A stretch of 64,000 nt of DNA. It comes from Octopus vulgaris (taxonomy: Eukaryota). The notes beneath the pieces were generated by a model, which was not told the origin of the DNA, made no database searches, and worked only from the letters and a program-made list of their open reading frames with translations. A program made the translations under genes and the position numbers. Of this stretch, positions 1 to 11,976 are shown one piece after another (position 1 is the stretch's first letter; every line of letters begins with the position of its first letter). The DNA lies in the NCBI GenBank assembly GCA_951406725.2, contig OX597832.1, positions 67,084,001 to 67,148,000 on the forward strand, given 5' to 3'.

Positions 1-760
1 TAAGACCAATTTGTGATATTCCGGTTATTTGCGTCTTGAGTTCAAATGTCACTCACCATGGTATACTTTGAAGATAAACTTCACCAGTCAACTGTTTCGC
101 ATCAGCACGTGCCGACTTTGGTGCCTTTATCGGGAGTTTACATGTTTCTGGTTTAAGTATACCTTCTGAAAGACGCTTAGTGACACGATAACGGTTCAAA
201 AGCAACGCTACGCACTTCACGCAAAGCTAAAAATAGTGCGCTTGTTGTGAAGAAGAATTTTCATCGCTGTCGTCATGGCTGCACTAAAAAATGTTCATCA
301 TGTCCCACTAACTCAGTATTGGATTGGATGGGTAGCAATGTAAACGGACAGCAGAAAAATGACTCAATGTGTTTGTGGGATTGGTCGAATACTTAACATA
401 TAACCATATTGATATTGTTGCACCCAAAAAATTAGACATGTACACAAAAAGTATCTAATCAGGAACAAACCCTCATACAGATTTACGAAACAAAATTATT
501 AATCTAGTGCACAGCGAGCAGCTAATGTGAAACACTGGATACATTAGATCAGAGAGTTTTCGATTGATAAATGCATGGTCGATATTGTATAATCTGTATT
601 ACAAAACAAGTGAATATATGCATAAATATACTTCAAATAAACACACACACACGACACACACATACAGATGAAGAAACACAGTTACACACTTACGCATGCA
701 CACAAACACACACACGCACGGACACACAAACCCACAGACACGCACTTACAGACGCACACA

Positions 761-791
<31 letters not shown>

Positions 792-1303
792 TCACACACA
801 TTCAGATATATACAAAGCTAAAGTAAATGCTTTTTAACATCAGCGCAAGGTCAGCAATTTGGTGTATGCGCATAATCGATTAAATTGATCTTGTTTTTTG
901 GCTGATACCCCGGAGGGAAGGAAGCCAAAGCTGACTTCAGCAGGATTTCAACCCACCACTCAAGGAAACAGAACAATATTCTAGACACATGGACATTTAT
1001 TAGAAAGAGTTTTACTTAATATCATCGACATTCACCTTGAAGGAAGCTTTAAATTTGTGTCAAAAAAATAAATAAAAGCAATGTTGCCTTCACCAGTATT
1101 TCATGTACCGATATTTGTTAAATAAGAACTCTTTTTAATATAGTCACAGGGCCAGCAATTTTGAGCGGAAAGTGTTAGAAGATGTCGCTTGACTGCAGTA
1201 CTTGTTTGGTACTTATCGATACAAGTTAAAACATCAAGCCTTCTACATATAATAAGAATGCACTGCTCGTTCACATAATAGAAGTAATAACAACAACAAC
1301 AAC

Positions 1304-1380
<77 letters not shown>

Positions 1381-1381
<1 letters not shown>

Positions 1382-2460
1382 CAGCTAAACAGCTTCTGGG
1401 TCACTCTACCTAAAAAGTGACACAGACAGACTTATGAACCAAGGAAATGAGGGGGAAGAAGACTTATTGAGAGCGAACACAGCATTTGAGCAGAGGAAAA
1501 CAACATAGCATGGTATGAAAAAAATTCCACAAAACAGCTATTATTAGAAGTAGAAGGTCGGGTTGTGTAGGATGAAAGATTGCAAGGATAAAGCACTATA
1601 CAAGAAATTGAAAATGAATGAAACTGAAAATAGGTGGGTAAAGAAAAGAAGGCATGGTCAATTTGATAGGGATATTGAAGATAAGACAGACAGAGAAAAC
1701 AAGATGGCTGTGGATGACTAAAAGTGATTTAAAACCGGAAAAAGAGGCTCTAATATGTGCTGCCCAAGAGCAAGCACTAAGAACAAACTACATAAAATAC
1801 AGAATGCACAACACAGCAGAAAGTGATAAGTGCAGAATCTGTGGACAAAACGGTGAAACTGTATGGCATACTACCAACCAATGTACGCCACTAGCCCAGA
1901 AGAAATATAAAGAACGCCACGACAATATAGCCTGGCTTTTCCATTGGACACTTTACAACAAGTATGGACTTGATAGAGCAAAATATTGGTACGACCACAA
2001 ACCTGAAGGTATTGTCGAAAATAGAAATACAAAGACCCTACGGGATTTTATGATTCGGTGCGACTATGAGATAGAGAATAGGAAGACGGACGTAGTCTTA
2101 ATTGAGGAAGCAAACTATGCTGGATGATTTATATGTTATACCCAGCTCACAACAAGGTATGCAATAAGGAAGAAAGAAAAGTCGATAGATATGACAGGTT
2201 AGCTTGGGAAGTTAAGTATTTGTAGTCGATGTAGTACCAATATTTGTCGGAAACCTGGGAACAGTGAGCAAAAATCTCGAGAAGTACGTGGAACAAATAG
2301 GGGCTGCAATAAGGGTGAACCATTTGTATGAAACAACACTGCTTCGAACCGCTCGAATATTTCGGAAGGTGCTCGAAGGATAAGTGGTATTACGTTAGTT
2401 CACTGGTAGTGAACAGCTGACACTGTAGAAGATCTCCAGTATTAGAAGCTGCGAAAAGGC
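1381..2460 (+). mobile_element. Degenerate 3' fragment of an R4/Dong-type non-LTR retrotransposon (family B): RT thumb end, CCHC knuckle, RLE, short 3' UTR
   Basis: ORF 1654-2127 contains LKPEKEALICAAQEQALRTNY, CRICGQNGETVWH..C and LAQKKYKERHDNIA..HW. The frameshifted continuation ends ARIFRKVLEG* near 2383. Flanked by (AAT)n on both sides. Confidence 0.85.
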
Positions 2461-2464
2461 AATA

Positions 2465-2558
<94 letters not shown>

Positions 2559-2808
2559 TTGTAATAATACTAATACTAATAATAATAATATTAATAATAA
2601 TAACAATAACAATAACAATAACAATAATAACAACAACAACAAAAACAATAACAATAACAATAATAACAACTACAACAACAACAACAATAACAACAATAAC
2701 CACAACAATAGCAACAATAATAATAACAATAATAATAACAATAATAATAACAATAATAATAACAATAATAATAACAATAATAATAATAATAACAATAATA
2801 ATAATAAT

Positions 2809-2861
<53 letters not shown>

Positions 2862-2893
2862 TGATGATAATAATAATAATAATAATAATAATG

Positions 2894-2961
<68 letters not shown>

Positions 2962-2962
<1 letters not shown>

Positions 2963-5114
2963 GAGACAATGCCAGAATGGCTCACGAAGGGGAAAACCAT
3001 CTTAATTCCCAAATCAAATGAAACAGAAAAAACAGAAAACTACAGACCAATAACCTGCCTCCCTACTATGTTCAAGGTATTTACTGCAGTGATATCACAA
3101 AGGCTGAACAAGCACCTGGACGAAAACAAACTGTTCCCAGAAGAGCAGAAAGGATGCCGCAAAGGCTCATATGGCTGTAAAGATCAACTAATGATTAATA
3201 AAGCCATAACTGAAGACAGTCACAGAAAGAAGAAAGGCCTCAGTATGGCCTGGATTGACTACAAAAAGGCGTTTGATAGCATGGATCCTCGAAACACTAG
3301 CCATTAACAAAGTAGCACCAACAATCATAAAATTCATAGAGCACTCTATGAATAAATGGCAAACAGTCCTACACCTCCAAACAAAAGAGGGACTCATGAA
3401 AACCAAAGACATCCCCATTAGAAGAGGAATATTCCAGGGAGACACGCTCTCTCCACTCCTTTTCTGCTTGGCACTGTCACCTCTATCTGATATGCTAAAT
3501 AGAACTGGATGCGGATATAAATGTTACAGCAAAACGATCAGCCACCTTTTATATATGGATGACCTAAAACTATACGCTGCAAATGACAAACAGCTGGAAA
3601 CACTATTAAAGACAGTTCATGGATTTACCAAAGAAATAGATATGAAATTTGGATTAGAAACATGCGCCAAAGTAACCCTGAAAAGAGGAAAACTAGTTAA
3701 GAGTAACAACATCACACTAGATAAAACCAATGAAATAAAAGAATTAGACCAAAGACAAACTTACACATACTTAGGAATCCATGAACTAGATAAGACACAA
3801 CACACACAAATGAAAGAGAAAATAAAAAAAGAATATTATAGACGAGTTAGATCAATACTAAACACAGAGCTCTATGCTAAAAACAAGATAATAGGTATCA
3901 ACACTTTAGCTGTCCCAGTTATAAGTTACAGCTACAATATCCTTAACTGGACACGAAATGAACTGACCAAAATAGATAGGAAAACAAGAAAAATAATGAC
4001 AGGTTCTAGGATGCATCACCCAAAATCTGACATAGAAAGACTATATATACAACGTATAGAAGGTGGTAGAGGCCTTATACAGCTGGAAAACTACTATAAA
4101 ATAACTACCATAGGACTGCAAAAATATCTACTTCAGAAGGAAGGAAAACTGATCCAGATAGCGGCAAAACACGAGCAAAACAAAAAACTGTTCTCAGTAT
4201 TTAAGGAAGCTGACAAATACAAACAAGAAATTATACCACCTAATAAACATGAAGAAGAAGAAGAAGATCAAGAAACAACAAAAGCTATAAAACAAATGAA
4301 ATCCAAACTAAAAATAGAACAGCAACGAAGCATGATAAAACGATGGCAAGAAAAGCCCCTTCATGGTAAATACTGGACTAAACTAAACGCAAAAGAAATA
4401 GACAAAGAAAAATCCCAGCAATGGTTGAGAAGCTCAGGACTCAAAGCAGAAACAGAGGGATTCTTAATTGCAGCACAAGACCAAAGCTTCCCCACCAGAA
4501 ATTACCAAAAACATGTAATGAAAAGAAATATTACAAGTAACTGCAGAATATGTGGAGATGAACAAGAAACAATAAATCATATTATCTCTAGCTGCCCAGT
4601 CTTGGCTAAGAAGGAATATATTCACAGATATGACAGAGTTGGAACCTACATATATTGGAAGCTATGCCAACATTATGGAATAACAACAGAAAAAAGATGG
4701 TATAGGTACACACCAGAAAAGGTCACAGAAAACGAGAAAGCAACCATACTCTGGGATATGCCGATACACACAGATAGAGAAATTAAGACCAACAGACCAG
4801 ATATAGTTGTCAGAGATCATGAAGAAAAAAAATGCTTTCTACTTGATGTATCAATACCGGCTGATGACAACGTGTCTCTAAAAGAAATGGAGAAACTCTC
4901 AAAATACAGAGACCTGGAAATAGAGGTAACTAGAATGTGGAATCTGAAAACAGAAACAATTCCTATCATAGTAGGTGCATTATTAGGCATGATAAAAAAA
5001 TATTCAGACAAATACATAACAAAAACACCAGGACTTACAAACACATATAACATACAGAAAATTGCACTACTAGGCACTGCACACATCCTACGCAGAACTC
5101 TTTCCATACAATAA
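2962..5114 (+). pseudogene. Reverse transcriptase / CCHC / restriction-like endonuclease ORF, 5'-truncated, one frameshift at ~3280
   Basis: The C-terminal part of ORF 2555-3307 and ORF 3255-5114 join at AFDS|WIL. The usual intervening VPHS-like residues are missing, implying a small deletion. YMDD is intact at ~3552-3563. Confidence 0.9.
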
Positions 5115-5212
5115 CCATCAGAGCATCACAACAAATCACAGCACATACCCAAGGCACACAGAGCTGTGCTCGGTAGTGAAGTGAAAGCACGCTATAAAAA
5201 TAAAACTACTGA
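2962..5212 (+). mobile_element. 5'-truncated R4/Dong-clade non-LTR retrotransposon (family A), young copy with intact 3' UTR and (AAT)n tail
   Basis: Contains PEWLTKGKTILIPK, NYRPITCLPT, EEQKG, WIDYKKAFDS, RGIFQGDTLSPLLF, SHLLYMDDLKLY, CRIC..ETINHIISSC and RPDIVV..LLDVSIP..K..KY. Starts and ends in (AAT)n. Confidence 0.95.
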
Positions 5213-5217
5213 ATAAC

Positions 5218-5248
<31 letters not shown>

Positions 5249-5251
<3 letters not shown>

Positions 5252-5710
5252 GCTTTGATGCAGTACCAAGGCTGTGGCTCTCGTGGCTTTTGATCTTAAC
5301 TGATTGGAAATGTTATCATGTATATTGTTTTGTCTTGGTATAAAAGATGGGCTACAGCAAATATTCTGCTTAATACCACAGATTTGCTTGTCAGTTGTTT
5401 GACCATAAACAGTTGAGTATGTACCTTAGTGGCTGACGATATGTACATCTCTGATCACGGGCAGATGTAGTGGGGGAGCATCATAGCCATGTTTTGAGAG
5501 GGATTTTGGGGGGTTTGGGATAATTCACCTCTGGAAACATTGGTATTTCCTTCAACATCCTTATACAACCCTTATTCAGGGACCTTTTGGGCGGGATGTG
5601 TTACTCGACAGAAGAAAATTCTAACTGGGCCCTCAACTGCAAGGTCATGTGCTGTTTATCTTCATATAATATCACCATGTCGCGCACATATGGTTGTAAT
5701 GCATGTGTCT
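5249..5710 (+). mobile_element. ~550-bp non-coding (AAT)n-associated interspersed element (family G), copy 1, 3'-truncated
   Basis: Colinear with the reverse complement of 24514-25066, e.g. TGATGCAGTACC..GATCTTAACTGATTGGAA..AAAGATGGGCTACAGCAAATATTCTGC..GAAGAAAATTCTAACTGGGCCC. Confidence 0.85.
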
Positions 5711-5756
5711 AGAGTTAGAACTTCATGTTGATGTTATGCCTAGTGTGTCATATATT

Positions 5757-5875
5757 TGGGTTTTTTTCATCCTTTCGACGTCGATGAAATAGATACCAGT
5801 AGAACACTGGGGCCGATCTAATCCATTGCCCTCCGCCAACAAAATTGCTCCCCTTCTTGCAAACTTTGAAACCAT
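5757..5875 (+). mobile_element. 3' part of a tRNA-derived SINE with a Nin/Deu-like central domain
   Basis: TTTCATCCTTTCG..GTCGAT.AAAT...TACCAGT...CTGGGG.CGATCTAATC, homologous to 9095-9185. Confidence 0.6.
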
Positions 5876-7686
5876 ATTCATCGTCTTCATTATCGTCGTC
5901 GTAATAATCGTAATCACTTGATTCATCCACATGGTGTCACCGACATTGAAAATTAGAAAATGGGTAATTAAACAAAAAACATAGAATCGAGGACGAGTAA
6001 CGTATCATGTAAAATGAAATTTTGGGAAACTCTTGAGAAAAATTGTCGCTATAATACAGTTCCCCTATAGCAAAGCAGCAGCAAAACAGATGTCACCTGA
6101 AACTTCTGCTGAGAAGATTTCGCCTCAAGCGGTATTGTTCTCCATTCCTTCGACCCATTATCGACTCTATTTTACAAATAAGAGCAATTTCATGATCAGT
6201 TTCACATTTGCACTCAATTTTGAACTGAAATAGTTGTTGTGTCCTTCACAGAAGAAGAAACAGTTTACTCTCGAACTAGTTCCCAAAGAATTATGTTTTT
6301 GCCGGAACTAGGCGGAAGAAGACTAGAACTATTCCTTTACAAAAGAAAGCGGCTGCACGAAGCAATAATAATTGATAATGTTAGATGTAAAAAAAACATA
6401 GGTGCGGGTGAAATGCTTACTTTATCATTCATATGTCGATGCGTACGTGTGTGTGAGCGTATTTATATATGTGTGTATTCAGGTGTGTGTGCGTACGCGC
6501 GGGTATGTGTATGTATGCATTTCTATCCATGTGCGTGTGCGCTTGTGTGCACACACGTGTGTGCCTTCCATATTATATCTAGGATATGGAACACAAATTG
6601 CTTATTGAAGAATATCGATATAACTGCAAGGAAGGTTTCTGCGAGAAAAAGATTGAACGATTTTGAATTATTGGCTAGCATAAAAATTGATATGCAGTCA
6701 GTGTAATATCGTGCGATTGCAGACATAATGCATTTAGGCATTGAAAACTACGGCTATGATAACAGCACAGGAATGAAATACCTGAAACTATGCAAGAAAC
6801 AGATCGTGTGACGTATAGAATTTCGCTTGGAACATTTCCAGTAAAATAATACAGATTTTGGTGAAGCAATAAATACGACTACAAATGTGTTTTTTTTTTT
6901 CCTTTTAGTGTTTGCATACAAGATATTCTGCATGAATGCAAAGACTTTCATATATCAATCTTCCCAATTCTTTAGTGAAACTAATGTAATGCATTTTCAT
7001 TTTATGTACTGTGTGGCCAAATATTGGCTCAGTTGTCTTTCCACTCGTCTACATGCATGGTGGAGAAAGCGCAAGATTGAGAGAGGAAGGAGGTGCGTAA
7101 AAGAATGTTTACATGCTCAATACATCCCTCTTATCATTATAGCTGTGTATGTGAAAGTGTATTTGTATTAAACATGGTGTCCAAACAGCTTTTGTACTGA
7201 CTTATTTCTTCTTACAATAGGTCCTTCGATATTGTGAGTTGTACAGGGTAACTAATATAAACCAGCTTGTTTGATCTTCCTCTGTTCTTGCTGTTTATCT
7301 CAATCTTATCATCGGACTCCAGAAGAAATTTTGAAAGGTCCGGCGCGAGTTGCTTTTAAGATGACCATTTCTTTTTAATTTTGCTTTCATTTCTTTCACT
7401 CATTACATTCATTTCTTTCACTCATTTCCAACATTACAGCATTTCCAAACTGATTCGCTAAAAGTCAAAACGTATACTTTCCCAGCCAGAACGGTGTCAG
7501 TACGAGTATGCAGGTAATGACTAGGTTTTCATTCATAGAACGATATCTCCAGGTGACCGTGTTGATTGGTTGATTAGTTCCTTGACCAACTTTTCTAACA
7601 TTATCTATGTTTAATTCCCATGCAAATATGTTGGAAGACCTACAGATTTATCTATCTATCTATCTATATATCTATCTATTTATCTA

Positions 7687-7842
<156 letters not shown>

Positions 7843-8042
7843 ATATATATATATCAAACTAAGGTTACAAATGCAAGGTCATCCACATAACATTTCATAT
7901 CACGAACATTTAATCATAGAATATACATTTATGACATCACGAAAGATGAAACATAACTCATCTGTACAAGCATATAAGAAAGTGCGAGAAAAATGTGTGA
8001 ATACAGTTCATCATGGTCAATGTTAATACTTTAGCGATTAAG

Positions 8043-8099
<57 letters not shown>

Positions 8100-8102
8100 T
8101 AT

Positions 8103-8445
8103 ATAAGAGTGTGACCACTATATGGTCGACTCTAGCGCTAAAAATAGATCCGCTATGGTATTAGCCACTAGGAAAGTTAGCACAACATTTAACGTAAACG
8201 AGCAAGGCATATGAAAAATAACAGAAAATATAGTTTAACTCTGGACAATTGTTTCGCTATTAATATATATGCAATTTTACTTACACAACATCCATAGGTC
8301 ATCAGCAGAATTTGTCTAGAATACAATTTATTAAACCGCTCGCCGAATTCTAACACAACGTTAAACCAACGTGTCGTTTAATCGATTATATTCGAAGTTA
8401 TAAGTCAAACTCCCTCGCTAAAAGCGCGCTAAGGACTTCCGGTAA
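8103..8445 (-). mobile_element. Hammerhead-bearing non-coding repeat (Penelope pLTR/retrozyme-like), copy 1
   Basis: Colinear by eye with the reverse complement of 9700-10075 (shared ATAAGAG.GTG..CACTATATGG, GGACAATTGTTTCGCTATTAAT, AATTTTACTTACA, AGCGCGC). Sits between (TA)n tracts. Confidence 0.75.
8237..8312 (-). ncRNA. Minimal type I hammerhead ribozyme motif (stem II closing pair mismatched)
   Basis: Minus strand reads AATTCTG-CTGATGA-CCTA..loop..TAGC-GAAA-CAATTG-TC-CAGAGTT. Stem I is AATTCTG/CAGAGTT and the triplet is GUC. Confidence 0.75.
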
Positions 8446-8517
8446 TCTTTTATACATACACACACACACACATATATATATATATAAATATATATATATA
8501 CATACACATACACACAC

Positions 8518-8581
<64 letters not shown>

Positions 8582-8875
8582 TATACATACACAAACTTGG
8601 TTAGTCGAATGTAAAGTTGAAGAATTACGGTTTAGAAAGGAGGTGTTAAACGCAGTAGCCAAACCTTGTTTCAGGATAACACATTCCTCCAAATGGCTAG
8701 AATTTCTCAATTCTACCATTTACCTCAAGCGAAATTGAAATATAAATCTGTGATTTCATAAGGAAATTGTGCCACATGAAAAGGTTTTTTTGCACTGTAC
8801 TTTGCTGGTGTTATTACACAGTTCCACACCCATAACGGACCAGTGCGACTTGAAACCGAAACAATTGTTTTGTTA

Positions 8876-9185
8876 AAGGTGGTAAACAGTCAGGCTCATT
8901 AGCACGCCGGGCGAAATGCTTAGGGTATTTCGTCTGCCGATACGTTCTGAGTTCAAATTCCGCACTGGGGTCGATATAATCGATTTAATCCGTTTGTCTG
9001 TCCTCGTTTGTCCTCTCTGTGTTTAGCCACTTGTGAGTAGTAAAAAAATAGGTATTTCGTCTATCTGTCTTTAGTTCAAATTCCGCCGTGGTTGACTTTG
9101 CTTTTCGTCCTTTCGGGGTCGATAAAGTAAGTACCTGTTGCGTACCCGGATCGATATAATCGACTGCCCCTCCGCCAAAATTCTG
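8876..9185 (+). mobile_element. tRNA-derived SINE(s) with a Nin/Deu-like domain, partially duplicated
   Basis: B-box-like AGTTCAAATTCCGC occurs at ~8951 and again at ~9073. Also contains GACTTTGCTTTTCGTCCTTTCGGGGTCGATAAAGTAAGTACC. Confidence 0.7.
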
Positions 9186-9338
9186 GAGGAGGGGATAGAA
9201 TAAATGGACTTTGGTATACTTCGTCTTCTCTTTTAATCTTTATGATATAGATATAGATATATATCTATGTGTGTACGAGTGTAGAAATGCATATCTATCT
9301 ATGTATCTATCTATATATTTGTGTGAGTGTGTGTGTAC

Positions 9339-9395
<57 letters not shown>

Positions 9396-9399
9396 TTGC

Positions 9400-9612
9400 T
9401 CTTTTATTAATTTCAGTCATTTGACTGTAGCCATGCTGGAGCACCGCCTTTAGTCGAAGAAATCGACTCCAGGATTTATTCTTTGTAATCCTATCGCTCA
9501 CTTTTATTATCGAACAGCTAATTTACGGGGACATAAACACAACACCATCGATTGTCAAGCGATGGTGGAGGGACAAACACTCACACAAAAACATATACAT
9601 ATTTACACGACA
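9400..9612 (-). mobile_element. 3' half of a second tRNA-derived SINE family (CORE-type head seen in other copies)
   Basis: TTCAGTCATTTGACTG..GCCATGCTGGAGCACCGCCTTTAGTCGA is the reverse complement of the copy at 28530-28730. Confidence 0.75.
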
Positions 9613-9620
9613 CTTGGTGT

Positions 9621-10187
9621 TGAATAGATATACTATTAAATTAGTATCTAATTCTCTCACCCTTATTAATTAATTATAATTATGCTACATTTATTTCTAA
9701 ATGCAGTATTTGTTTTCCGTGAAAGTTTGGCGCGCTGTTAGTAGGGGCATTTGAATTATAACGTCGGATGTAATCAATTGAACCACACGTGTATTTATCG
9801 TTATGGAAAATCTGGCGTGTGATTGAGTGGATTTCATCCAGATAGTTTTGGCTGAGGAGCTACAAGTGGATTTTTTTGTAAGTAAAATTACATTTAATTC
9901 ATTAATAGCGAAACAATTGTCCCAAAATAATCTGTATTTTTGTTATTTTTTATTTGCCCTGTCCGTGTGAGCTAACAATCGTACTGACTTTCATGGGAAA
10001 CATGTATTTTTGTGGTTGAAACCTTTTGGATTAACTAGTGCTAGAGTGAGCCATATAGTGACCACTCTCTTATATTTATTTTGTAAAAATATTATAATAT
10101 ATTATAAAATATTATAATAATCCATATATATATATGAATAGATATACTATTAAATTATATCTAATTCTCTCACCCTTATTAATTAAT
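9621..10187 (+). mobile_element. Hammerhead-bearing non-coding repeat, copy 2, with ~53-bp terminal direct repeats (period ~514 bp)
   Basis: TGAATAGATATACTATTAAATTA(G)TATCTAATTCTCTCACCCTTATTAATTAAT occurs at 9621-9674 and 10135-10187. The internal part is homologous to 8103-8445. Confidence 0.75.
9841..9932 (+). ncRNA. Minimal type I hammerhead ribozyme, canonical core, predicted cleavage after C9921
   Basis: GATAGTTTTGG-CTGAGGA-GCTA..43-nt loop..TAGC-GAAA-CAATTG-TC-CCAAAATAATC. Shows CUGANGA, GAAA, the GUC triplet, stems TTTTGG/CCAAAA and GCTA/TAGC, and a palindromic AATT loop III. Confidence 0.85.
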
Positions 10188-11117
10188 ATATATATATATA
10201 TATATTTATATATGCACGCACACACACATACACACACACAAACACACATATATATATATATAATATATAATATATCTAATGAAATTCAGTTACACGGCAT
10301 TGGTCAAGGTGCGAACATGCTAGACTTTTCTCGTCCAATATGATGGACAATGTTGTAAAGTGTTAATACAAAAAGAACGTAGTCTTTGAATGTAACGAAT
10401 TTTCAGTCCCATTATACCAACATTGTGACCTGCTAAACTAATCGCTAACCTTTTGGCCATTGTATGACATACTCTACATCACAAAACAAAAGAAAAGAAA
10501 AAATCACCAGCGAAACAAACAACGAAAATAGATAGCTGATATATAGCATTTTTTCTTTCTCCCCTAATTCGTACACGAATCTTTGAAGGTGTTATCTATT
10601 GAAGTACTGTAATTTCAAGCCAATTTATATCGTTCAGGTCTGGAGAGATTTTAATTTTGATCCTTGTACTTGCTAGTAATGGCTTCATTGTAATTCACTT
10701 ATGACATTGTTTAAATGTCTAATGAAGAAACACAATATGTCGTTCTTCTCTTTTTTTAGAAGGGTTTCTCTGTTTATTTTATTTGATTGCTTTTTTGTTG
10801 TTGTATCCGTTTTACATTTATTGTTCTACTTCAATTGACTAGTTGAAATGTGTGACTGGTTCAGACATTACAGTCAGCTCATTCTTAATCATCTTTCTTT
10901 ACATGCATATGTGTCACGTTAAATCTGTTTGTCTTTCAGTCTCTCTTTCTTCTACATCAGTAATTTTCTCTTTATTTATTTTCTTTCTGAATCACTCTCT
11001 TGTGTTGTCTCCATGGTTCGCGAACTTCCATCTAGTCTCCGCTGATTTGTAATCATATGCTCTTAACCTCTAATTACTTCATTTTTTTAACGCTGCTAAT
11101 ATACATATACATATATG

Positions 11118-11160
<43 letters not shown>

Positions 11161-11479
11161 ATGTGTGTATGTATATGTATATATATGTATATATATACAT
11201 GTATATATATATACGTATATATGTATATATGTGCGTTTGTTTGAGTGAGTGAGTATATTTATGTGTGTTTATGTCTGTGTGTGCATATGTATGAGTGTAT
11301 ATATACACACACATAAATACACCCACCCACTTACACACACGCATATATATACAAAAATGTATTCATATACATACGTAAACATATAAACATACATAATTGT
11401 ATACATGTCTATCTCTTTCTCTTTCAGTCTGACTATATGCGTGTGTATGCATGTATATATATGTGTGTGTGTGTATATG

Positions 11480-11976
<497 letters not shown>

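Noticed and set aside
2395-3012. Long poly-Ile/Leu/Val ORFs, and similar ones at 19.2-25.4 kb and 28.1-28.6 kb
   Set aside because: These are translations of (AAT)n/(AAC)n microsatellites, which lack stops in some frames.
8800-8875. GAAACAATTGTT resembling the 3' half of the hammerhead
   Set aside because: No CUGANGA or pairing stems I/II upstream.
8885-8965. tRNA gene
   Set aside because: Only A/B-box-like motifs of a SINE head; no cloverleaf.
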